Below are positions 1 to 7,386 of a stretch of 32,000 nucleotides of DNA, piece by piece. Where the stretch lies: contig CP104013.1 of NCBI GenBank assembly GCA_025839675.1, positions 1,440,001 through 1,472,000 of the forward strand, written 5' to 3'. Below the pieces are notes generated by a model. It saw only the letters and a list, made by a program, of their open reading frames with translations, had not been told where the DNA came from and made no database searches. Every line of letters begins with the position of its first letter. Position 1 is the stretch's first letter. Origin of the DNA: Candidatus Lokiarchaeum ossiferum (GTDB lineage Archaea > Asgardarchaeota > Lokiarchaeia > Sigyniarchaeales > Promethearchaeaceae). The position numbers and the translations under genes are program-made.

Positions 1-660
1 AAATGCGATGCACTCTTTTTTATGGGTGAGGTCAATAATTGCTTTGGGAACCGAAGTTCCATTGACAGCGACAGTATTTTTTACTCCAATTTTTAATAAT
101 TGTTGGATATCATTTCTACCTTCGACAATAATAACACGATCTGCTGTATTGATATCAGCTCCAGCAGGTAATCCATTCCATGTAATGATTGATTCTTTTT
201 GGAGTTCGAGATTGATTTTATCAGAGATATTCTCTTTATCAGCTCTTCCCGCCTTCCAATCTTTCAATAATTCTTTTGCACGTGCTTCAATTTGCTTCAA
301 CTTAGATTCTCGTAAATCCCTAATCTCAGTTAATACTAAAGAAGCTCGACAAGGTCCTACACGATCTACTGTCTCTAAAGTAGCTGCTAAAATAGCTGTT
401 TCTGTCCGATCAAGACTTGAAGGGATGATTATATCCCCGGTGGTTACTCCATTTGCTGAAGTAGCATTTACAACAATACGGCCAATTCGTCCGGATTTTT
501 GCAATTCCCGGAGTTCGAGATCATTTAATAATCCTTCAGTTTGGCCAAAAAGGGCACCAACAACATCTTGCACTTCTACAACACCATGAACACTGAATGT
601 GGCTGAAATGTTATATTTTGCAGATGTTTGGTCTACCGATTCATTTATTCCTTTTGTCAT
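1..660 (-). CDS. dnaG: DNA primase DnaG, archaeal type (N-terminal 220 aa; gene runs off the window start)
   Basis: Absent from the ORF track because it has no in-window stop. Reverse-complement translation from the ATG at 660..658 stays open to position 1: MTKGINESVDQTSAKYNISATFSVHGVVEVQDVVGALFGQTEGLLNDLELRELQKSGRIGRIVVNATS...RVIIVEGRNDIQQLLKIGVKNTVAVNGTSVPKAIIDL. The GQTEGLL / LRELQKxGRIGRI N-terminal signature and the IVEGRxD Toprim motif are typical of archaeal DnaG. The + strand ORF 8..589 is its antisense shadow. Confidence 0.85.
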   Translation of the reverse strand, partial: MTKGINESVDQTSAKYNISATFSVHGVVEVQDVVGALFGQTEGLLNDLELRELQKSGRIGRIVVNATSANGVTTGDIIIPSSLDRTETAILAATLETVDRVGPCRASLVLTEIRDLRESKLKQIEARAKELLKDWKAGRADKENISDKINLELQKESIITWNGLPAGADINTADRVIIVEGRNDIQQLLKIGVKNTVAVNGTSVPKAIIDLTHKKECIAF

Positions 661-1536
661 GAATTTTCACTATATTTTATTTATCAGAAATCTTATGAAA
701 ATCCCTCATCGAAGATGAAAACAAGAATAACAAATGATTGAGCCAAAACTATCATCCGTCGTTTATAAAATACATATATTACTAATACCTAGTCTTCCAA
801 GTGCGAAGATATCTTCAGATATTAAGACCTACTGTCCTTCACTTTTCTAATTACTTTTCCCCTTGATCAAATGAAGCAAATTCCAATTTACTTCGATGGA
901 TTTATCCAATAAAGTCTTGGTTTCCGTTTTTACTTTGGAAATTGAAGTTCTCTTGACCAATGAGCATTGAACTTGATAATGGGTGTTTGGGTTTTATTTA
1001 TTATGAATTTTTTAAACTTTGAATATGATTTGAATGCGGTTTTGAACCAACATTGTGTTATTTTAGTAGTAGCATCGCCACGATTTCCTCGTGGTAAAAT
1101 GCTCGTAAATGCGTTTCCCTCTTGATGTGAAATTATCCTACGTGATTGGTGATAATTTTTATTTATATTTGATTTTTGATTTCACCCCACGGTGTGTGGG
1201 AATGAATGTATTTCTAACTGTTTGTAATATTTGATAGATTGTACTTGTAATTGGTAATAGAACAGTTTAGTAATTTTTTGACATATTTTCCTATTAACAT
1301 CGCAATGAATTCTCGATTTTTATATTCTTACAACTCTCTTTAGAATTGATATTGTTTCAAGAATTTTAAGCGAATTACTTAGTTAGTTTGTGAAGAGGAA
1401 CTTTTCCTCTAAATAAGAATAGGTTTTCGGAGTAAAAAAACATTTCCCTTCAAAAAATATGGTTTTCTCCTTATTTATTAAAAATAAATTAAAAAAATTT
1501 TAATTCAACTTATACAAGAATTATCCAGAGGTTAAT

Positions 1537-2766
1537 ATGGAAAACCTAATTATTTTTGGAGGGAAAGGAGGAGTTGGAAAATCTTCCATTTCCACCGCGA
1601 CTGCAGTACATCTTGCCGATCAATTACAAGATCAAAACGTACTTTTAATTTCATTTGATATTGCACATAATTTATCGGATCTCTTTGACAAACACATTGG
1701 AAATGATGTAACCCAAATTACTAAGAACCTTTTTGCCATTGAGCCCGATCCCGATAAATATACTAAGGCCTATACAGGAGAATTGACCAAGAAAACTCAA
1801 GAATTAATCAATTCATCAAAAATAATTGCCATGATTCCGGATTTAGGCAATATTATTTCTGAAGCTGTAGAAGGAGATAACATTCCTCTCGCCTTGAAAA
1901 ATTCCCTATTCTTCCAAAGTATTATTGATGCAGAGAACCCCATGGAACAAATTGGGGAAAAACAAATGCGATATAAAGGTATTGATCAAACAGATGAGAC
2001 CCCATTTGAAGAACGGCAAAATATTCCGGATTTCGATATAATTGTGTGCGATTTTCCCCCAACAGGTAATATGATTGCATTATTTGAAATCCCGACTGAT
2101 GCAACCCAACAAATGATGCGATTAACCTTAAAGATGTTGTCAAGCATTCAAGGTTCCTTCAATAAACTTAAAAAACTCACTAAATGGGTCAAACCTGCAT
2201 CATGGATGGCAAATCGGATTGTGGGAGATGAACGCAATGAAGAAGATCAGTTAGATAAAGAAGAACAAAAAAATTTAGCCCAAGAAATTCTTGATATCGT
2301 GCTAGATATGGAAGAAAGATCTAAAAGAATTACGCAGTTAATGAACTGGTTAGGCTCACTGCGTCTGGTCAGTATTGCGGAAAAACCATCCTTTGAAGAA
2401 GCAAAACGAGCACGTGAGTTATCACTTCCCTATGTTTCAGTCGATGCTATTCATATTAACCGTTTAATTCCAGAATCAGAACGGGGTAATTCACCTTATC
2501 TTGATAATATCCTTAACAACCAAGAAATATATCAAAAAGCAATACGGGACAATTTTCTAGATCAAAAGGTATGGGAATCTCAACTTTTAGATCAACCTCC
2601 AATTGGAATTGAGGGTTTGCTAAAATTGGCTCATGAAATATATGGTGATACGCCTGTATGGGACATTCTTAATCCCCTACATAGAGTTATTAAAAATCCC
2701 AAGAAAACTAAAACAGAACATGTCTTCAAAATTGATGAAATACGAAAAAAATGGGATAACGCGTAA
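1537..2766 (+). CDS. ArsA/Get3-family P-loop ATPase (deviant Walker A)
   Basis: ATG start preceded by a GAGGT Shine-Dalgarno-like element. N-terminal IIFGGKGGVGKSSISTATAVHLA is the KGGxGK[ST] deviant Walker A of the ArsA/Get3/SIMIBI class. IIVCDFPPTGNM corresponds to the DTAPTGHT switch II region. A Met-rich helical insertion (QQMMRLTLKMLSS...) resembles the Get3 client-binding subdomain. Confidence 0.8.
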   Translation: MENLIIFGGKGGVGKSSISTATAVHLADQLQDQNVLLISFDIAHNLSDLFDKHIGNDVTQITKNLFAIEPDPDKYTKAYTGELTKKTQELINSSKIIAMIPDLGNIISEAVEGDNIPLALKNSLFFQSIIDAENPMEQIGEKQMRYKGIDQTDETPFEERQNIPDFDIIVCDFPPTGNMIALFEIPTDATQQMMRLTLKMLSSIQGSFNKLKKLTKWVKPASWMANRIVGDERNEEDQLDKEEQKNLAQEILDIVLDMEERSKRITQLMNWLGSLRLVSIAEKPSFEEAKRARELSLPYVSVDAIHINRLIPESERGNSPYLDNILNNQEIYQKAIRDNFLDQKVWESQLLDQPPIGIEGLLKLAHEIYGDTPVWDILNPLHRVIKNPKKTKTEHVFKIDEIRKKWDNA

Positions 2767-2788
2767 TTACCAAGGAAAAATTTTTCAA

Positions 2789-2797
2789 TTTTTTTTT
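2789..2797 (+). terminator. T9 tract downstream of the ArsA-like gene; candidate archaeal oligo-T terminator
   Basis: A run of 9 T sits 23 nt after the stop at 2766 and before the arcS start. Archaeal RNAP terminates at oligo-T tracts. Confidence 0.35.
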
Positions 2798-2844
2798 ATG
2801 AATCCCAAATTTTTTTGCTTTTCATTCATTCATTTTCTCAACAT

Positions 2845-5085
2845 ATGAAAAAAACACGTTTTGAAATTAAAAAACAAATGGGATTGACCCGGAAAGGGCG
2901 TATTACCTTCGGAGAAAAATCGTTTTCAACACCAAATCTTATCTTCCCTACCAATCAAAACCTTATAAACAAAATTGATCCCTCAACTATTCTACTACCG
3001 GATAATATTATTGGTTATCATATCGAAGATCCATTACATATTTTAGATGAAACCACACCAAAGAACTTAAAATCAGATTGCACATTAATAGCACATCAAA
3101 CAGACCTATTTACAACATCCAATGAAATATTTGGAATTCCTAAAAGTCTAAATGCATTATTTGAAGATCCTCTTCAAGAGCTGGAGAACATTCCAATTTT
3201 ATCTGAAATTTATCCTAATACGAATACAAATCGTTATTTGAATTATGAGGTAAAAAGTTTGGAGCATCGTTTAAAATTATATAGCGAAGTTCTCTTCTCC
3301 AAAGCAAAGGATCAAAAATTTATTATGGAATTTAATTTTAAGCAAGAAAAAGAGTTTTTACCACTTATTATTGAATGGATTAATGAAAATATAACTCATA
3401 TCTTAGGAATTCAGCTTTCCAATCTATTTAAAAATTTAATGAATGCGACAGATATACTTCATTGGATATTTACATTGAAGCAAAAGATCCCTTCGGACTT
3501 AATTTGGATTTTAGGAGGACAGATTTTTCCACAAGACTATGCCTTAGCGCTTTATCTTGGATTTGATTTAATTGATGCCCGTACAATCTTCCAATGGAGC
3601 ATGAAAGGGATGTATATAGGATCCAATTCCAGACAATGGATCAGAGAATTACAACATCCCCTTTGTAGTTGCAATTTTTGCTCCAACTTGTATCCCCTCA
3701 TGCCAATTCATGGAGAATTGGCAATTGAAACTCAATCTAACATATTCAACCATAATCTTTTAGAAATGGTAGGTGAATTCCGAAGGATTCACCAATATTT
3801 CACCGATGCTACTTTTCGCACCTATCTGGAAGCAAAAATTCATTCGAGCCCCTTAGCAGGATCCCTCCTAAAATTAATTGATGTGAATTATGCAGCTGAG
3901 ATAAATTCCCGTTATCCCTTAATTAACACCCATCCAGTGATGTGTATTGGTTCCGAATCCTATACTCGCCCAGAAATATCCAATTTCATCAATCGAGTGA
4001 AAAAAGAAGTTACCCCGAGTAGAGCATACCCTATGGCAATAATTCTTCCATGTTCGGCAAAAAAACCTTATTCACAATCAAAATCCCATCAACGATTTCA
4101 AAAAACAATTAAACGGGCAACTGGGAAATATTATACTGAACTTCATCAAATTATTATCACATCTCCAACCGGAGTTATTCCCCGTGAGTTAGAACGAGTA
4201 TTTCCAGCAGCACATTATGACATTCCGGTGACTGGAAGTTGGGATGAAACAGAAATTCGATCCACGGGGGAAGCGCTAGCATCATGGATCTTGAAATATC
4301 CCGCATTTCAAATACCATCGAGGACTCAACAAGACGAATCTATGAAAATTATTGCCCATCTCTCGGGAGGATACAAATTGGCGTGTCAATATGCGGAAAC
4401 CCTCATTCAAAAAACTCATCCAAAATTTACTTTTCATTATACCATTGATGGAAATACCCATGGAGGTGCTTCAAGTGATAGCACCCTTTCGATACTGCAG
4501 GAATGGTTGCAAAAAAATCGGACTCTATTAGAAAAAAATTATCCACAGTCAAAAGCTGAACGTATGACCCGCTTGACTGAAGATGAAATTATAATTCGTG
4601 CTACTTTTGATTATCAATTTGGCAAGGGAGCTGGTGATCTGATTTCTGATCGCGGGGCAGTGATGATAAAGGGAAGATGGCCTCAATTTAATGAAGTCTA
4701 TGTATACGATGGAGCGGGAAAACTTTTAGTAGGAAGATACTACATGGATTCGGGATTGTTCAAATTGGCCCCATTGGGAGCGGAACTATTACTGGATCAC
4801 AATCGCAACTTTGTGAAAATAAATGAAGAGGATCTTCGGGGAACCACCGTATTCAAACCCATTTTAGCATCTCTAGATGAAACAGCCCATCCTGATGATG
4901 ATGTAGTAGTAATCGATAAAAATGGAGAATATTTGGGCGTAGGTGAATTAAATAGTTCTCCGCAAGACATTCTTTCGGCACTCCATGGAAAGGTTTGTAA
5001 AATGCGTAAAAAGATAAAACGCAAGAAAAAAGGAACACCCAGTGCTGATCTGGCATTACTTAAAGAAATTGAAGGAGATGACTAA
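2845..5085 (+). CDS. arcS: Archaeosine synthase ArcS (TgtA2; TGT-like N-domain + DUF5591-type domain + PUA)
   Basis: The track ORF starts at TTG 2815; the first ATG is at 2845 (MKKTRFEIKKQMGLTRKGRITFGEKSFSTPNLIFPT, a TGT-like N-terminus). The TGT structural zinc site CSCNFC...HNL lies at nt 3664-3681 and downstream. There is an exact match to the ArcS signature PC-X3-KPY-X2-S-X2-H (PCSAKKPYSQSKSH, nt 4048-4089). The C-terminus is PUA-like (DDVVVIDKNGEYLGVGEL). A RaSEA-type radical SAM gene follows immediately. Confidence 0.85.
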   Translation: MKKTRFEIKKQMGLTRKGRITFGEKSFSTPNLIFPTNQNLINKIDPSTILLPDNIIGYHIEDPLHILDETTPKNLKSDCTLIAHQTDLFTTSNEIFGIPKSLNALFEDPLQELENIPILSEIYPNTNTNRYLNYEVKSLEHRLKLYSEVLFSKAKDQKFIMEFNFKQEKEFLPLIIEWINENITHILGIQLSNLFKNLMNATDILHWIFTLKQKIPSDLIWILGGQIFPQDYALALYLGFDLIDARTIFQWSMKGMYIGSNSRQWIRELQHPLCSCNFCSNLYPLMPIHGELAIETQSNIFNHNLLEMVGEFRRIHQYFTDATFRTYLEAKIHSSPLAGSLLKLIDVNYAAEINSRYPLINTHPVMCIGSESYTRPEISNFINRVKKEVTPSRAYPMAIILPCSAKKPYSQSKSHQRFQKTIKRATGKYYTELHQIIITSPTGVIPRELERVFPAAHYDIPVTGSWDETEIRSTGEALASWILKYPAFQIPSRTQQDESMKIIAHLSGGYKLACQYAETLIQKTHPKFTFHYTIDGNTHGGASSDSTLSILQEWLQKNRTLLEKNYPQSKAERMTRLTEDEIIIRATFDYQFGKGAGDLISDRGAVMIKGRWPQFNEVYVYDGAGKLLVGRYYMDSGLFKLAPLGAELLLDHNRNFVKINEEDLRGTTVFKPILASLDETAHPDDDVVVIDKNGEYLGVGELNSSPQDILSALHGKVCKMRKKIKRKKKGTPSADLALLKEIEGDD

Positions 5086-5087
5086 AC

Positions 5088-6245
5088 TTGGCACAAACTC
5101 AAAAAATTAACTCCGAAAAACCATTAACTACTGCAATAAACGCTTGGTTAGAAAATCAACCCAAATATGTCAATGAACTGTGGGACGAACTGGTGTATTT
5201 GCGTAATCGCCCCTTAAAAAAGAGTAAGTATGAGAAACAAGTGAAGCTCGATCGCCCTGTGGCAGTATTCTCGAAAGAAGAACGACTAAAGGAAGGCATG
5301 GGGAAAGAAATTACACTTATATTCAAATCTTCTGCATGCTCATGGGCCCGATCTAAATCTGGAGGGTGCACCATGTGCGGTTATTGGAATGATCGTGCCC
5401 CCGAAACAATTACAGAAGAAAATTATTGGAGTCAATTTACCAATGCTTTGAGCCGATATGAAGAGTTATTGGGAAACCCTGAAGAAAAAATTGTATTCAA
5501 AATGTTTACTTCCGGATCCTTTTGTGATCCCAAAGAAATTGCTTTGGATCTTCAATACCGGATACTTAAAAAACTTGCTACATACCCCACCATTAAGGAA
5601 ATTGTCATCGAATCCCGTCCCGAATATATCACAGAAACACTGATGACCAAATATCATGAAATTCTTCCAAAGCAATATTTGGAAATTGGCGTTGGACTTG
5701 AAACCACTAATAATTTTGTGCGAACGAATATTATTAATAAAGGATTTGCATGGAAAGCTTTTGTCAAAGCAATGGATATTTTACACAAATTTCACTTTGG
5801 AGTGAAAGCATATTTATTATTTAAACCTCCATTTCTCCCCGAATATGCCGCCTTAGTCGACATCCACCATAGTATTCGCCAGTGTGTCGAATATGGGATT
5901 GACACAATTTCAGTTAACCCAACTAATATCCAGATGCATACAATTTGCAATGAATTAGAAAAAATCAACCGATTTCGATCCCCCTGGCTTTACTCTCTCC
6001 TCTGGGTTCTGAAACACAGCCTCACCAATGAAGATTTAAAACACACCCGAATTATCTGTGATCCTTCTGCAGCCGGAAAAGATCGTGGAGTACATAATTG
6101 TCAAGTGTTTGATAAGAGTAATGTTGAATGCTTACAAATCTTACATGAGTTTGTTGTTCAACAAGATGTCACATGCATTCCCGAAACCTTTTCTGGATCA
6201 TGTTGGAACTCCTATGAAATGGAATTGTTGTTAGGAAATCTCTGA
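5088..6245 (+). CDS. Radical SAM enzyme, RaSEA-like (archaeosine synthase beta subunit)
   Basis: The TTG start lies 2 nt after the arcS stop, suggesting translational coupling. Cys cluster CSWARSKSGGCTMCGY, followed by a TIM-barrel-like radical-SAM core (KMFTSGSFCDP, IESRPEYI, IGVGLETTN). Adjacency to arcS matches the published ArcS-RaSEA complex. The product call rests on context plus motifs, not on a search. Confidence 0.65.
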   Translation: MAQTQKINSEKPLTTAINAWLENQPKYVNELWDELVYLRNRPLKKSKYEKQVKLDRPVAVFSKEERLKEGMGKEITLIFKSSACSWARSKSGGCTMCGYWNDRAPETITEENYWSQFTNALSRYEELLGNPEEKIVFKMFTSGSFCDPKEIALDLQYRILKKLATYPTIKEIVIESRPEYITETLMTKYHEILPKQYLEIGVGLETTNNFVRTNIINKGFAWKAFVKAMDILHKFHFGVKAYLLFKPPFLPEYAALVDIHHSIRQCVEYGIDTISVNPTNIQMHTICNELEKINRFRSPWLYSLLWVLKHSLTNEDLKHTRIICDPSAAGKDRGVHNCQVFDKSNVECLQILHEFVVQQDVTCIPETFSGSCWNSYEMELLLGNL

Positions 6246-6264
6246 AAATCTTTTAATCTTGCTC

Positions 6265-6272
6265 TTTTTTTT
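6265..6272 (+). terminator. T8 tract after the arcS-RaSEA pair; candidate terminator
   Basis: gctcTTTTTTTTcc lies 20 nt after the stop at 6245. A second T-run follows near 6295-6301. Confidence 0.35.
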
Positions 6273-6445
6273 CCATATGGAACATTTATATCCATTTTTT
6301 TGCCCTTTTCTCAATTTTGGAAAATCAAACGCATCTATCTATCCCTTAGTAAGCCCCGCTAGGAAATATCGTCATTTCGACAAAAAATATAGAGTTACGA
6401 ACTCTCAAAATTTATATTTATATCTCTCTTAGATAGGAATAACCT

Positions 6446-6967
6446 ATGTTTGAACAGGAAATCACCCCGTTTCAAGATGGATTTGTGATATTACGCGAAT
6501 ATGAACTCACTACAGACCCTGATAAATTAGTACTCCATCTTTTTGATAAAATGAATTCACCTGAAGGTATTACGGAATTGCGAGCTTCCGATAAGCGATT
6601 TGCAAAGCATAGGGATAAGAATAATCGATTTATTGCCGAATTTAAAGGAAAATTAATAGCGACCTTGACTCTAGTCTCTGAATATTGGAGTAAACAAGGA
6701 TTTCACATGTACTCCGTCGTTACAGCGAAAGATTACCAAGGGTCAGGTATCACTTCATTACTATTTGATTATGCGTGTCAGTGGGCATCAGCTCAAGGAA
6801 AATCAATAATTATTGTAGATACTTACGAAGATAATCTCCCAGCACAAAAATACTTTAAAAAGATAGGCTTTAAGCGAATAGGGATCATCCCCGATGCTAT
6901 TGAAAATAGCAAAAATGAGAAAGTAGGCCAGATTTTCTATTATTTGCACATCAACCTAAAAAACTAA
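6446..6967 (+). CDS. GNAT-family N-acetyltransferase
   Basis: 173 aa. Acetyl-CoA-binding motif A (YQGSGITSLLFDYACQWASAQG), then the typical DNLPAQKYFKKIGFKRIG C-terminal strand-helix of GNAT enzymes. Confidence 0.8.
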   Translation: MFEQEITPFQDGFVILREYELTTDPDKLVLHLFDKMNSPEGITELRASDKRFAKHRDKNNRFIAEFKGKLIATLTLVSEYWSKQGFHMYSVVTAKDYQGSGITSLLFDYACQWASAQGKSIIIVDTYEDNLPAQKYFKKIGFKRIGIIPDAIENSKNEKVGQIFYYLHINLKN

Positions 6968-7386
6968 ACAATTGCAAATCTTGTTTGTATCATCATTTTT
7001 CTTTGTATTGATTGTAATATGGAAAGAATTAAGGATTTTATTAAGTAAACGAAGAAAAAATAGAATAAAATCTTAGAATGTTCATTTTTTAATGAGTATG
7101 TCTTAAAATTCCATTAAATAAACCACTTTTGAACAAATATATACATTATTTTAATCGGTTATTCATTTCTGTCCCATTTTACTCGGACAATAACTTTACA
7201 AGTTTTGCTTTAATTTCCATCTATTTTTTTTCACATCCCAATTATTCAAAAAACGCTGTTATTTCGGATTAAATCTAAAAATTCAAATTTTATGCGCCAT
7301 TTACCAACTTAATTCTATGGATTTTTGGATTCGATTTTTCAACCCCCTAAATCTCACAGAAAAATTACCTATTAGGCGATATATTA

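Noticed and set aside
8-589. 193-aa + strand ORF in the supplied track
   Set aside because: It is the antisense shadow of the clearly recognisable archaeal dnaG on the minus strand (1..660). Its translation is low-complexity Ser/Phe/Ile-rich with no motifs.
805-816. Perfect 12-bp palindrome GAAGATATCTTC upstream of dnaG
   Set aside because: Perfect 6+6 palindromes are expected several times by chance in 32 kb of biased sequence. There is no second copy and no obvious promoter relationship.
4996-5085. Short Lys-rich C-terminal tails on ArcS (KMRKKIKRKKKG), the ArsA-like protein, the YkgJ-like protein (KKIKPLSKKK) and ACAD-2 (KAVYKAKKAQ) as a shared targeting signal
   Set aside because: The tails are short, and AAA/AAG-rich termini are the expected outcome of AT-biased composition. 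Without genome-wide statistics this cannot be separated from drift. Only the much longer UvrA and UvrB tails were kept as findings.
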